In this document: in pieces, positions 1 through 10,051 of the stretch
Layout: each line of letters starts with the position of its first letter
Numbering within the stretch: position 1 is the first letter of the stretch
Assembly (NCBI GenBank): GCA_026708005.1
Contig: JAPOVR010000030.1
Coordinates: 6,933 to 70,932, forward strand
Length of the DNA stretch: 64,000 nucleotides
Source: Actinomycetes bacterium
Lineage (GTDB): Bacteria; Actinomycetota; Thermoleophilia; Gaiellales; Gaiellaceae
Direction of reading: 5' to 3'
Notes under the pieces: model-generated
Database searches by the model: none
What the model was told of the DNA's origin: nothing
What the model saw: the letters and a program-made list of their open reading frames with translations, nothing else
Position numbers and translations under genes: made by a program

Positions 1-1449
1 GTACGGCGTCCGCGCCTCGAACTCCGCTGCGCAGGAGTCGACAGCGAGACGGCCCGGCACCAAGCGCCTGGTCCGAACGTCGGCCTCGCTCAGCCCGAGC
101 ACCCGCGCGATCCGTGCGTCGGGAATGCCGAAGCGCTTGGCCTCGCCGACGTCGCCGTCGGCGGCCAAGCGGGACTCCGCCTCTCGGATCGACTCGAGCT
201 CACGAACGAAGTAGGGGTGGAGACCCGCGATCTCGGGCAGCTCACCATCCCCCTCCCTCCCTTCGGCTGCCTTGAGCAACGCCTCTGGGAACGTCCTGCC
301 GAGGCCAAGGGCCTCGCCGACTGCCCGCATCTCGGTGCCGAGCTCGGCGTCCGCGAGCGGGAACTTCTCGAAGTCGAACCGCGGTGCTTTGACCGCTACG
401 TAATCGAGCGCAGGCTCGAATGCGGCGCTCGATTTGCCCGTGATGTCGTTGGGAAGCTCATCGAGCGTGTAGCCGACCGCCAGCAGCGCAGCCAGCTTCG
501 CGATCGGAAACCCGGTGGCCTTCGACGCGAGCGCCGACGAACGCGACACGCGCGGGTTCATCTCGATCAGCACGAGCCTGCCCGGGCCTGGCTCGTACGC
601 GAACTGCACGTTCGCGCCGCCGGTCGCGACCCCGACCGTGCGCGCCGCCGCGAACGCCGCATCCCGCAGCCGCTGGTACTCGTGGTCGGGCAGTGTCTGC
701 TGAGGCGCGACCGTCCACGAGTCGCCGGTGTGGACACCCATGGGGTCGAGGTTCTCGATCGAGCACACGACGACGCAGTTGCCCGCAGTGTCGGACATGA
801 TCTCGAGCTCGTACTCCTGCCAGCCCTCGACCGACTCCTCGACGAGCACCTGCCCGATCGGACTCGCCTCGAGGCCATACCGGATCCGCGCGATCAGCTC
901 GTCCCAGTCGCGGGCGAGCCCGCCGCCCTTCCCGCCCAGCGTGAAAGCCGGCCGGACCACCGCCGGGCACGGTGTTCCCGCCGGCAGCTCGTCAAGGGAG
1001 GTAACGACGACGCTGCGAGGCACGGGCAGCGATGCCTCGTCCATCGCCTGGCGAAACGCGAGCCGATCCTCGGCCCTACGGATCGCGCCGACGTTGGCGC
1101 CAACCAGCTCGACTTCGTACTGCGAGAGCACACCTTCATCGGAGAGCTCGATGGCGAGGTTCAGCGCCGTCTGCCCACCGAGCGTGGGCAACAGCGCGTC
1201 AGGGCGCTCCTTCTCGATCACCTGGGCGAGGGCCTCTGCGTCGAGCGGTTCGATGTAGGTCGCGTCGGCCCACTCGGGATCGGTCATGATCGTTGCCGGG
1301 TTCGAGTTCACGAGCACAACGCGAAGGCCCTCGGCACGGAGGACGCGGCACGCCTGGGAGCCCGAGTAGTCGAACTCGCACGCCTGGCCGATACGGATTG
1401 GCCCGGAGCCGATGATCAGGATCGTGCGGAGGTCGGCGCGCTTCGGCAT
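1..1449 (-). CDS. carB: carbamoyl-phosphate synthase large subunit, N-terminal ~483 aa (runs off window start)
   Basis: Own translation of the minus strand from ATG at 1449-1447 gives [59 protein letters not shown]..., the canonical CarB ATP-grasp N-terminus. The frame stays open to position 1. It is absent from the ORF track because it is truncated by the window edge. Confidence 0.9.
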   Translation of the reverse strand, partial: MPKRADLRTILIIGSGPIRIGQACEFDYSGSQACRVLRAEGLRVVLVNSNPATIMTDPEWADATYIEPLDAEALAQVIEKERPDALLPTLGGQTALNLAIELSDEGVLSQYEVELVGANVGAIRRAEDRLAFRQAMDEASLPVPRSVVVTSLDELPAGTPCPAVVRPAFTLGGKGGGLARDWDELIARIRYGLEASPIGQVLVEESVEGWQEYELEIMSDTAGNCVVVCSIENLDPMGVHTGDSWTVAPQQTLPDHEYQRLRDAAFAAARTVGVATGGANVQFAYEPGPGRLVLIEMNPRVSRSSALASKATGFPIAKLAALLAVGYTLDELPNDITGKSSAAFEPALDYVAVKAPRFDFEKFPLADAELGTEMRAVGEALGLGRTFPEALLKAAEGREGDGELPEIAGLHPYFVRELESIREAESRLAADGDVGEAKRFGIPDARIARVLGLSEADVRTRRLVPGRLAVDSCAAEFEARTPY

Positions 1450-2495
1450 GCCGTTGCAATTCGGTCGAAGAACGGGCGAGCGTCGTGCGGGCCTGGAGCG
1501 GCCTCGGGATGGAATTGGAGCGAGAAGAAGCCGTCACCTTCGAGTCCCTCGACGGTGCCGTCGTTGAGCGAGATATGACTGACCGCCGCGGCCTCGTCGG
1601 CCTCCACGGCAAATCCGTGGTTCTGGACGGTAACGAGCACGCGCTTCGTCTCGCGCACGCGCACCGGGTGGTTCGCGCCGCGGTGGCCGAACGGAAGCTT
1701 GAATGTCTTGAGTCCAAGCGCGAGCCCGAGCAGCTGGTGCCCGAGGCAGATCCCGAAGACCTCTGTCTGCCCGAGCAGGCCTCGGATTGCCTGGACCGGC
1801 TCGCCCAGCTGGGCCGGATCGCCCGGCCCGTTGCCGATCAAGACGACGCGCGGGTCGAGACCGAGTATCTGGGCGACACCCCAGGTCGGGGGGACGAGAT
1901 GCACCTCGAGTCCCCGCTTGACGAGGTTGGCGACGATCGATCGCTTGCACCCGAAGTCCATCACCGCCACGCGGGGGCCCTCACCGAATACACGGGCGAC
2001 GGGCGTGCCGGCCTCCACCGCGAGCGGCGGGGCCATGAGGCTCTCGGCCTGTCCGCGCTCGAAATCGAGGTGTGGCTCTGCCTTAGCGGCGGCGATCAGG
2101 TCGGTCGGGGACGCCTGCCCCAGGCCACAGCGCATCGCACCAACCGAGCGCACATGGCGTACGAGCGCACGCGTGTCGACCTCCTCGAGCGCAACGACGT
2201 CTTGCTCGGCAAGCCACCGAGACCACACCGGCCTCGAACGCCGCATGATCACGCCTCGCGTCCAGACCCGGTCTGACTCCAGACGTGAATCCGCAACCCC
2301 GTAGTTCCCGATCAGCGGATAGCTGAACACCAGGACCTGGGCGTGGTAGCTCGGGTCGGTCACCGCCTCCTGGTAGCCGGCCATGGACGTCGTGAAGCAG
2401 ATCTCGCCGGTCGCTGTACCGGGCGCCCCCACCGCGCGCCCCGGGAACACCGAGCCGTCCTCAAGAGCGAGGTATGAATCCTCCATGACGGTCAT
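1416..2495 (-). CDS. carA: carbamoyl-phosphate synthase small (glutamine amidotransferase) subunit
   Basis: Part of ORF 1416..2798(-). From [67 protein letters not shown] it matches CarA, with a GATase domain (ICLGHQLL). Start trimmed to ATG 2495 (alternative ATG 2486). The 3' end overlaps the carB start. Confidence 0.9.
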   Translation of the reverse strand: MTVMEDSYLALEDGSVFPGRAVGAPGTATGEICFTTSMAGYQEAVTDPSYHAQVLVFSYPLIGNYGVADSRLESDRVWTRGVIMRRSRPVWSRWLAEQDVVALEEVDTRALVRHVRSVGAMRCGLGQASPTDLIAAAKAEPHLDFERGQAESLMAPPLAVEAGTPVARVFGEGPRVAVMDFGCKRSIVANLVKRGLEVHLVPPTWGVAQILGLDPRVVLIGNGPGDPAQLGEPVQAIRGLLGQTEVFGICLGHQLLGLALGLKTFKLPFGHRGANHPVRVRETKRVLVTVQNHGFAVEADEAAAVSHISLNDGTVEGLEGDGFFSLQFHPEAAPGPHDARPFFDRIATACRSAPTSARS

Positions 2496-2533
2496 TATTG
2501 CATAAATAGTCAGTGCTGTGCATAATAGACACC
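2494..2533. promoter_or_regulatory. carA/argC divergent control region: two ARG-box-like operators overlapping a TTGCAT-17-CATAAT promoter
   Basis: The only strongly AT-rich patch in the neighbourhood. TGCATAAATAG (2499-) and TGCATAATAG (2519-) are direct copies 20 nt apart, resembling actinobacterial ArgR operators. TTGCAT (2498-2503), a 17-nt spacer and CATAAT (2521-2526) end 7 nt before the argC ATG (2534), which implies a leaderless argC mRNA. Confidence 0.5.
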
Positions 2534-3529
2534 ATGTACTCCGTCGCGATCCTCGGCGCCGCTGGCTACTCAGGCCAGGAAACGCTCGACCGCGTGCTCG
2601 GTCATCCCGAGCTGGAGGTTGCCGCGCTCGGCTCAGACACGCTCGCCGGACAGCCCGTGAGCGCGCTCGACCCGCGGCTTGCCCAGATCGGCGCGGGCAC
2701 GCTCCCACGCTTCGTGACGAACGATGAGGCCCTCGCAAGCGACGCGAACCTCCTGTTCCTGTGCATCGACCACGAGCGCTCAGCGCAGCTCGAGCCACCG
2801 GCCGACGGTGTCATCGTCGACCTGTCGGGTGGGCATCGGCTCCTCGATGAGCACGCGTACGAGCAGTGGTATGGCTGGATCCATCCGCTCCCGGCAGGGC
2901 TTGCCGACTGGTCATACGGGGTGCCGGAGCTGCTGCCGCCGAGCGGCCGCCTGATCGCGAACCCGGGCTGTTACGCGACGGCCGTGCTGCTGGCGATCCT
3001 GCCTCTCGCCGGGTCAATCGAGCCAGCCAGCGTCGTCGTCGATGCCAAGTCGGGCATCTCTGGCGCCGGCCGCAGCCTCCGGCCGACGTCGCACGCTGGG
3101 GCGGTGCTCGAGAACCTCGTGCCCTACCGCGTCGGGCAGCACCAGCATCAGCCCGAGATCGAGCAGGCCCTCGGATTCCCGGTGTGCTTCGTGCCGCACC
3201 TGCTCCCGGTGCGCCGGGGGCTGATCGCAACCTGCTACGTTACGCCTGCCGAAGGCACCGATGCCCGCGCAGTGCTCGAGGCGACCTACGAGCAGGCGCC
3301 CGCGGTCACGGTGCTGTCCGAGGGCATGGCACCCGAGCTCGGCCGCGTCCAGGGCACGGATGCAGCCGAGATCGGTGTGTTCGCCGACCGGGCAACCGAC
3401 CGCGCAATCGTGATCTGCGCGATCGACAACCTCGGGAAGGGCGCCGCCGGTCAGGCCATCCAGAACGCGAACGCGGTGCTCGAGTTGCCTGCCACCGCAG
3501 GCCTTCGGCTCTCGGGAGTCCTCGTATGA
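2534..3529 (+). CDS. argC: N-acetyl-gamma-glutamyl-phosphate reductase
   Basis: MYSVAILGAAGYSGQETLDRVLGHPELEV... NAD-binding N-terminus, GCYAT catalytic Cys motif (NPGCYATAVLL), and arg operon context. Start trimmed from GTG 2513 to ATG 2534. Confidence 0.9.
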   Translation: MYSVAILGAAGYSGQETLDRVLGHPELEVAALGSDTLAGQPVSALDPRLAQIGAGTLPRFVTNDEALASDANLLFLCIDHERSAQLEPPADGVIVDLSGGHRLLDEHAYEQWYGWIHPLPAGLADWSYGVPELLPPSGRLIANPGCYATAVLLAILPLAGSIEPASVVVDAKSGISGAGRSLRPTSHAGAVLENLVPYRVGQHQHQPEIEQALGFPVCFVPHLLPVRRGLIATCYVTPAEGTDARAVLEATYEQAPAVTVLSEGMAPELGRVQGTDAAEIGVFADRATDRAIVICAIDNLGKGAAGQAIQNANAVLELPATAGLRLSGVLV

Positions 3530-3542
3530 GGGCCTGCTCCCC

Positions 3543-4706
3543 ATGAGCGTGACCCTGCCGAAGGGCTTTGTCGCGAGTGGGCTGCACTGCGGTATCCGCC
3601 GTACGCGGCCCGACGTGGCGATTGTCCGCTCGACCACGCCGGCCGTCGGTGCGGGGATGTTCACGCGCAACAAGGTCAAGGCGGCCTGCCTCGTGGTCGA
3701 CGAGCACCATCTCGCACAGGCCGAGCCGCAGGCCGTCGTCGTGAACTCGGGCGTCGCGAACGCCGCAACGGGCCAGCGCGGGCTGCTGAACGCGCTCGCG
3801 ACCGCCGCCGAGGCGGCTCGGATGCTCGAGCTGCGCGTAGAGGAGGTGCTCGTCCTCTCGACCGGCGTCATCGGCGTCCACCTTCCCATGGGCAAGCTCG
3901 GCGCTGGGTTGAAGCGCGGCATCGCAGCGCTCAGCTCCGACGGCGGCACCGACGCTGCCGAGGCGATCATGACGACCGACACCCGCTCGAAGCAGTCGCA
4001 CGCGGAGGGCGAGGGCTTCGCGGTGGGCGGGATGGCCAAGGGAGCGGGCATGATCCATCCGAACCTCGCGACCATGCTCGCGATCGCCACGACCGACTAC
4101 CCGCTGCGCGCCGGCGAGCCGATCAGGTTCCTCCGGCCGGCGGTCGAGCAGACCTTCAACGCGATCTCGGTGGACGGCGACTGCTCCACGAACGACACCG
4201 TGCTACTGCTTGCCAACGGCGCCAGCGAGATCGAGCGCACGCCGTCGTCCGACCAGGACTTCGCCGACGCGTTGCACGATGTGTGCGCCGACCTTGCACG
4301 CCAGATCGTCGCGGACGGCGAAGGCGTGACGGTGCTCGCCGAGATCAACGTCACGGGCGCCGTCGACACAGCTCAGGCCCAAGCCATCGCTGAGCGCATT
4401 GCCACGTCGCCGCTCGTGAAGACAGCGCTGTTCGGGCACGACGCAAACTGGGGCCGGGTGCTGATGGCGGCCGGCTCGGCACCGTACAGCGGCGGCTACG
4501 CGGAGGTCGAGCCCGACCTCGTCACGCTGAGCTACAACGGCTCGATCGTCCTCGAGCACGGCTCGCCGCAGCCCGTGACGCCCGACGTCTCAGGGCCGGC
4601 GTGCACGATCGATCTCGAGCTGGGCCTCGGCGATGGCGCCGCCAGCTATCTGACGAGCGACCTGACCTACGACTACGTTCGCATCAACGCGGAGTACACG
4701 ACGTGA
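3543..4706 (+). CDS. argJ: bifunctional ornithine acetyltransferase / N-acetylglutamate synthase
   Basis: MSVTLPKGFVASGLHCGIRR..., autoproteolysis site ATMLAIATTD, C-terminal INAEYTT typical of ArgJ. Confidence 0.9.
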   Translation: MSVTLPKGFVASGLHCGIRRTRPDVAIVRSTTPAVGAGMFTRNKVKAACLVVDEHHLAQAEPQAVVVNSGVANAATGQRGLLNALATAAEAARMLELRVEEVLVLSTGVIGVHLPMGKLGAGLKRGIAALSSDGGTDAAEAIMTTDTRSKQSHAEGEGFAVGGMAKGAGMIHPNLATMLAIATTDYPLRAGEPIRFLRPAVEQTFNAISVDGDCSTNDTVLLLANGASEIERTPSSDQDFADALHDVCADLARQIVADGEGVTVLAEINVTGAVDTAQAQAIAERIATSPLVKTALFGHDANWGRVLMAAGSAPYSGGYAEVEPDLVTLSYNGSIVLEHGSPQPVTPDVSGPACTIDLELGLGDGAASYLTSDLTYDYVRINAEYTT

Positions 4707-5425
4707 GCCGCGTGCTCGTCAAGTGCGGTGGCGCCGCAGCGTCGCTCGGAGTGCAGGAGCTAACAGGCCAGTTGACCGCTGCTGGCCACGAGGTCTGCGT
4801 CGTGCACGGAGCGGGCCCCCAGATCTCCGAAGAGATGCGCCGCCGAGGGCTCGAGGTCCAGTTCGTCGAAGGACGACGGGTCACCTCCGACGCGTCGCTC
4901 GACATCGTCCGAGAAGCCCTAATGGCCGTGAACGAGTCGCTCTGCACCTCGTTAGGGGATCGCGCCGTCGGGTTGATGGGCGACGCGATCGGCCTCAAGG
5001 CTCGGAGGCTGCCCGAGCTGGGCCTGGTGGGCAACGCGCTGCCGTCACGGCCCGCCGCGGTCCTCGACGCGCTGGCGGCCGGGTCGATTCCCGTCGTCGC
5101 TCCGCTCGCGGAGGGCCCCCTCAACGTCAACGCGGACGAAGCCGCTGTCGCGCTTGCCGCGGGTCTGGCGGCCGACCGCATCCTCTTTCTCACCGATGTC
5201 CCCGGCGTGCTCGTTAACGGGAAGATCGTCGACACGCTCGTGGCCGACGACGTCGACCAGATGCTGGCCAATGGCGTCTTCGAGGGCGGCATCGTGCCCA
5301 AGCTGCGTGCCGCGGTCAACGCGGCGAGGCTCGGAATAGCGGCCGGGATCGGCGAGACGGCGGTCGTCGTGGACGGGCCCGTCATAGCGGCAGACACCGC
5401 ATCAGATGAGGCGGATCAGCCATGA
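4703..5425 (+). CDS. argB: acetylglutamate kinase
   Basis: In-frame GTG at 4703 overlaps the argJ stop (GTGA). VSRVLVKCGGAAAS... is an amino-acid kinase fold. Rather short (240 aa). The upstream part of ORF 4601..5425 overlaps argJ and was trimmed. Confidence 0.8.
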   Translation: MSRVLVKCGGAAASLGVQELTGQLTAAGHEVCVVHGAGPQISEEMRRRGLEVQFVEGRRVTSDASLDIVREALMAVNESLCTSLGDRAVGLMGDAIGLKARRLPELGLVGNALPSRPAAVLDALAAGSIPVVAPLAEGPLNVNADEAAVALAAGLAADRILFLTDVPGVLVNGKIVDTLVADDVDQMLANGVFEGGIVPKLRAAVNAARLGIAAGIGETAVVVDGPVIAADTASDEADQP

Positions 5426-5479
5426 GCCTCGCCACGAACCACCCCATGAGCCGTTCGCTGCGACCCCGTGCACGCCCTG

Positions 5480-5630
5480 CACACAGTCGGCACGAACGCG
5501 CGACGGCCCGCGCGCCCCGCGCGCAGCGTTCGGTGCTAGACGCGATAGCGGGTGGTGGCTCGGGGTGGCCCCGAGGCGCACGGGTAAGGGCACGTCCATT
5601 TTGGGCAGGTGCGACGGGCGAGCCACCGGC
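5480..5630 (+). repeat. dispersed intergenic repeat, copy A (variant module GATAGCGGGTGG..GGGG-TGG-CCCC)
   Basis: 5544-5572 is 27/29 identical to 47177-47205, and 5545-5572 is 23/28 identical to 57182-57209. Hairpin CTCGGGG-TGG-CCCCGAG at 5559-5575. Lies in the 322-nt argB-argD spacer. Confidence 0.6.
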
Positions 5631-5747
5631 TGCCGGCCATCCGGCGACGCTCCGCCCGCCTGAAGCGGGGCTGAGACGGCCCGACACCGATCAGTATTCA
5701 TCGGCCGCACCGACGCGAGCTGCGGGCAGCCACGGGAACGGAGAGAC

Positions 5748-6887
5748 ATGAGCAACGCCGCGCAGGCACCGGTCATCCCCAACTACGCGCGCTTCGACGT
5801 GACGTTTGAGAGCGGCGATGGCGCGTGGCTGTACGCGGAAGACGGAAAGGAGTACCTGGACTTCGGCGCCGGCATCGCCGTGATCACGCTCGGCCACTGC
5901 CATCCGCAGGTCGTGGCGGCCGCACATGCCCAGCTCGACACGCTGTGGCACACGTCCAACCTTTACTGGACGAACCCGATGGCAGAGCTCGCCAGGGCCC
6001 TTTCGGCTCGCTTCGGCGGCGCGCAGACCTACTTCTGCAACTCCGGCGCTGAGAGCATTGAGGCGGGCCTCAAGTACGCGCGCAAGGCAACCGGCAAGCC
6101 GGGTATCGTGGCGCTCGAGAACTCGTTTCACGGGCGCACCTTCGGCGCTCTCTCGGTGACGGGCCAGCCCGCCAAGCACATGGGGTTCACACCGCTCGTG
6201 CCCGACGTGCGCTTCGCGAAGCAGAACGACGCTGAATCGCTCGCCGCGGCAGCCGCCGACGGCAAAGTCGGCTGCATCCTGATCGAGCCCATCCAGGGTG
6301 AGGGAGGCGTCAACCCGACGACACCCGAGTTCCTTGCATCGGCCGCAGAGCTTGCCCGCAGTGAAGGCGCTCTCCTGTTCTTCGATGAGGTGCAGTCCGG
6401 GACGGGCAGAACCGGGACGTTCTTCGCCTACGAGCAGCTCGGCACACAACCCGATCTCACCGCGCTCGCCAAGGGGCTCGCGAACGGCTTGCCGATCGGG
6501 GCGCTGCTCGTGAGCGACACAGCAGCACGCGGCTTCGAGCCCGGCGACCACGCAACGACGTTCGGCGGCAACCCCGTGTCGTGCGCCGCCGCCCTGGCCG
6601 TCGAGGCCGCTCTCACCAGCGAGCTGCTCGCGCACGTCCAGATGGTGGGAGCACACCTCGCCGAGGGACTCCGCCAGATCCCTGGTATCCGCGACGTGCG
6701 CGGCCGCGGGCTGATGCTCGGCGCCGAGCTCGACCAGCCGGCGCTCGACATCATCGGGGCCTGTGTCGAGCGGGGGCTGCTGCTCACATCGGCAGGCACG
6801 AACGTGCTGCGCTTCACGCCGCCGCTCGTCATCGAGGCGGCACACGTCGACCGCGCCCTTACCATCGTGCATGAGGTGCTGACATGA
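5748..6887 (+). CDS. argD: acetylornithine aminotransferase (class III PLP)
   Basis: MSNAAQAPVIPNYARFDVTFESGDGAWLYAEDGKEYLDFGAGIAVITLGHCHP..., FFDEVQSGTGRTG motif, arg operon context. Confidence 0.9.
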   Translation: MSNAAQAPVIPNYARFDVTFESGDGAWLYAEDGKEYLDFGAGIAVITLGHCHPQVVAAAHAQLDTLWHTSNLYWTNPMAELARALSARFGGAQTYFCNSGAESIEAGLKYARKATGKPGIVALENSFHGRTFGALSVTGQPAKHMGFTPLVPDVRFAKQNDAESLAAAAADGKVGCILIEPIQGEGGVNPTTPEFLASAAELARSEGALLFFDEVQSGTGRTGTFFAYEQLGTQPDLTALAKGLANGLPIGALLVSDTAARGFEPGDHATTFGGNPVSCAAALAVEAALTSELLAHVQMVGAHLAEGLRQIPGIRDVRGRGLMLGAELDQPALDIIGACVERGLLLTSAGTNVLRFTPPLVIEAAHVDRALTIVHEVLT

Positions 6888-7381
6888 GCCGGGCCGAGCG
6901 CCAGGGTACCATCCTCCGCCTGATCCGCGAGCAGGACATCGCGACGCAGAACGAGCTTGCACAGGCGCTCCGCGCTGCCGGCCACGATGTCGTCCAGACG
7001 ACGGTCTCCCGCGACGTGGCCGACCTCGGGCTCGTGAAGATCCGCGGCGAGAACAGCCTCGCGTACGCACACCCCGACACACCCGTGCAGCCGCGCAGCC
7101 AGATGCGCGACCTCCGCCTGGCGCTGCGGCGCTGGGCGCTCTCGATCGAGTCGAGCGCCAACCTCGTCGTCATCACGACGCCGAACGGCTTTGCCGACCC
7201 GCTCGCCCAGTCCATCGACGATGCCAATCACCCCCGCATCCTCGGCACAATCGCCGGCGAGAACACCATCCTCGTGATCGCCGCGGAACATTTCCCCGGC
7301 TCGGTGCTTCGCGACGAGCTCCGGAGCCACGTCGCAGGCGAGACCAGTCGAGGCTCGCCGGCACACACCGAAAGGAGCTGA
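6884..7381 (+). CDS. argR: arginine repressor
   Basis: MSRAERQGTILRLIREQDIATQNELAQALRAAGHDVVQTTVSRDVADLGLVK is a winged-helix ArgR N-domain, with a C-terminal oligomerisation domain (GTIAGENTILV). Start overlaps the argD stop. Confidence 0.9.
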   Translation: MSRAERQGTILRLIREQDIATQNELAQALRAAGHDVVQTTVSRDVADLGLVKIRGENSLAYAHPDTPVQPRSQMRDLRLALRRWALSIESSANLVVITTPNGFADPLAQSIDDANHPRILGTIAGENTILVIAAEHFPGSVLRDELRSHVAGETSRGSPAHTERS

Positions 7382-7388
7382 CCGACCG

Positions 7389-8612
7389 ATGCCCCGCACC
7401 GCCGTCCTCGCCTACTCGGGCGGACTCGACACGACCTGCGCGATCGCGTGGCTGCGCGAGGACTACGGCTTCGACGATGTCATCGCCGTCCTCGTCAATG
7501 TCGGCCAAGTGTTCGACGTCGAAGAGGCCATGGCCCGCGGAGACGCCGCCGGAGCAGCTGACGTGGTTCTGCTCGACCGCAAGGAGGCGTTCGCAAGCGA
7601 TCAGGTCGCGAAGGCGATCACGACCAACGCGCTCTACGAAGGGAAATACCCCCTCGTATCGGCCCTCTCACGGCCGGTCATCGCGGAGGCCGTCGCCTCG
7701 CTCGCCGAGGAGCTGGGAGCCGAGGCCGTCGTCCACGGCTGCACCGGCAAGGGCAACGACCAGCTGCGCTTCGAGCTCGCGTTCAAGGCCAGGTACCCCG
7801 GCGTGACGGTCATCGCCCCGCTGCGCGACCGCATCTGGACGCGCGAGGAGGAGGTCGCGTACGCGCTCGCGCGCGAGATCCCGGTCACGGCAACCGAGGA
7901 CTCGCCCTTCTCGATCGATGAGAATCTGCTCGGACGCTCGATCGAGGCCGGCGTGCTCGAAGATCCCTGGGCCCCACCGCCGGCGGAGCCCTACGCGCTC
8001 ACGGCCGCCCCAGATACGGCCCCGGTCCCGGTCGAGGTGGTCGTTGGCTTCGAAGCCGGGCTCCCGATTTCGCTCGATGGCCGCAACCTCAGCCTGGTCG
8101 ATCTCATCCATGAGCTGAACACCGCGGCGGGCGCGTACGGGATCGGCCGGATCGACATGATCGAGAACCGTGCGGTCGGTATCAAGAGCCGCGAGGTCTA
8201 CGAGGCTCCAGCCGCCATTGTCCTGATCGAGGCTCACCGTGCCCTCGAGGATCTCGTGCTCACCAAGGACGAGCTGCGCCTGAAGCGCGGGCTCGAGCAG
8301 CGCTGGACGGAGCTCGTCTACGACGGCCTCTGGTTCAGCCCTGCCCGCGAGGCAATCGACGCGTTCGTCGCCGCAACGCAACGGCCGGTTGCGGGAGACG
8401 TTCGCATCCAGCTCCGCCCCGCAGCCGCGATCGTGAACGGGCGCAGCTCGCCGAACGCCCTCTACGCCGAGACGCTCGCCTCGTACGCGGCAGGGGAGAC
8501 GTTCCCACATGACGCGGCGGAGGGTTTCATCCGCATCGCGGCCCTCGAGACAGAGCTCGCAGCGGCGCGCGAGCGGAGCGGGAGCGGCGAGGCCGCGCAG
8601 ACCGAGGCCTAA
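7389..8612 (+). CDS. argG: argininosuccinate synthase
   Basis: AYSGGLDTT ATP-binding motif, full-length 407 aa. Confidence 0.95.
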   Translation: MPRTAVLAYSGGLDTTCAIAWLREDYGFDDVIAVLVNVGQVFDVEEAMARGDAAGAADVVLLDRKEAFASDQVAKAITTNALYEGKYPLVSALSRPVIAEAVASLAEELGAEAVVHGCTGKGNDQLRFELAFKARYPGVTVIAPLRDRIWTREEEVAYALAREIPVTATEDSPFSIDENLLGRSIEAGVLEDPWAPPPAEPYALTAAPDTAPVPVEVVVGFEAGLPISLDGRNLSLVDLIHELNTAAGAYGIGRIDMIENRAVGIKSREVYEAPAAIVLIEAHRALEDLVLTKDELRLKRGLEQRWTELVYDGLWFSPAREAIDAFVAATQRPVAGDVRIQLRPAAAIVNGRSSPNALYAETLASYAAGETFPHDAAEGFIRIAALETELAAARERSGSGEAAQTEA

Positions 8613-8629
8613 GCGGCACCGGACTCACG

Positions 8630-9904
8630 ATGGCGCTCTGGTCAGGCAGAACAGGCGATACCCCGCTCTCAGCGGAGGTCAAGCGCTTCCTGAAAGCGGC
8701 GGACGCCGAGCTGCTTCCCTACGACTGCGAGGGCACCCGCATCCACGCAGAACGGCTGCGCAGCGCCGGTATCCTCACCGACGCGGAGCTCGACGAGGTC
8801 GACGTCGCCCTCAAGAGGATCGCGAAGCAGGGCGTTGCGGCGACGAGCGACCAGGACGAGGACGTCCACTCGTCGATCGAGCGGCTGCTCGGCGAGGTTG
8901 GCCGCAAGATCCACGCGGGCCGCTCGCGCAACGATCAGGTGGCGACAGCCTTTCGGCTCTACGTCGCGGCTGCCTGCCAGGAAGGGCTCGCTGCGATCGA
9001 CGCGCTCGCCGCGGCCGTCCTCGACCGCGCCGAGCGCGAGGCCGAAACGGTGATGCCGGGGTTCACGCACCTCCAGCGCGCACAGCCGGTCACCCTCGGT
9101 CACCATCTGCTCGCGTGGGTCGAGATGCTCGAGCGCGACCGCAACCGCTTCCTGCTCGCCGAGGGCCACGCCGCACCGGTGCCGCTCGGTGCCGGAGCGC
9201 TCGCGGGCTCGACCCTCGAGCTGCCCGCCCCTGACAACCAGGTTCCCAACTCGCTCGATGCAGTGGCCGACCGCGACTTCGCGCTCGACTACCTCTACGG
9301 GGCAGCAGGCCTGTTCGTGCACCTGTCGCGGATCGCCGAGGAGCTCGTGCTCTGGGTGACAGCGGAGTTCGACTTCGCCAGGCTGCCTGAGACGGCAGCG
9401 ACCGGCTCGTCGATGATGCCGCAGAAGCTCAACCCTGATGTCGCGGAGCTTGTCCGGGGCAAGGCGGGCTCAGCGATCGGACGCCTGGCCGGCCTGCTCT
9501 CGACGATCAAGGGCCTCCCGCTGGCCTACAACCTTGACCTCCAGGAAGACAAGCAGCCGGTCTTTGCCGCGCGGCGCGACGTGTCACATGCGCTCGGAGC
9601 CCTGGAAGTGTTGATCAGGGATCTCGAGTTCAACCACGAGCGGCTTGCGGAGGCCGCAAGCGATCCGATGCTGCTCGCCACCGACGAGGCTGAGCGCCTC
9701 GTCGCCCAAGGTCAGCCGTTTCGCGAGGCGCACGAGCAGGTTGCCGGCCAGGTTCGCGGCGGAACGCTGGCACCCTCCGCGGAGGCAGCCGAGAGCATCG
9801 CCTCGCGCCAGGCCCCCGGGCCTGGCTCCACCGCCGCCGCGGTCGCCTCCGCCCGGGAGCGCCTGCAGCGGCGCCGGGCGACGACATCCGGCACCACCCG
9901 CTAA
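8630..9904 (+). CDS. argH: argininosuccinate lyase
   Basis: Fumarate-lyase signature GSSMMPQKLNPDVAE, N-terminal LWSGR. 424 aa, somewhat shorter than typical ArgH. Confidence 0.9.
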   Translation: MALWSGRTGDTPLSAEVKRFLKAADAELLPYDCEGTRIHAERLRSAGILTDAELDEVDVALKRIAKQGVAATSDQDEDVHSSIERLLGEVGRKIHAGRSRNDQVATAFRLYVAAACQEGLAAIDALAAAVLDRAEREAETVMPGFTHLQRAQPVTLGHHLLAWVEMLERDRNRFLLAEGHAAPVPLGAGALAGSTLELPAPDNQVPNSLDAVADRDFALDYLYGAAGLFVHLSRIAEELVLWVTAEFDFARLPETAATGSSMMPQKLNPDVAELVRGKAGSAIGRLAGLLSTIKGLPLAYNLDLQEDKQPVFAARRDVSHALGALEVLIRDLEFNHERLAEAASDPMLLATDEAERLVAQGQPFREAHEQVAGQVRGGTLAPSAEAAESIASRQAPGPGSTAAAVASARERLQRRRATTSGTTR

Positions 9905-10051
9905 CCTCAGCAGCGTGTTGCGGCGGCTCGCAGTCGTGCCTGTCCTGGGCGGTCTCGGCCACCGTATTCGAGTCTTGCGGCCACATCCAGGCTCCATGCG
10001 CGTGCTGAGCGGCCACCGAGATCAACCAGACGTCCGCCCGACTATCCTCCG

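Noticed and set aside
217-1578. 453-aa plus-strand ORF across the start of the window
   Set aside because: Antisense to the clearly recognisable carB N-terminus. The Arg/Leu/Asp-rich translation has no family features. Typical high-GC shadow ORF.
3014-4090. 358-aa and 250-aa minus-strand ORFs over argC/argJ; similarly 5691..7082(-), 6428..7399(-), 7668..8510(-), 8669..9322(-), 10022..10717(-)
   Set aside because: All are antisense to well-supported arg/lysA genes and have Arg/Gly/Ala-rich low-complexity translations.
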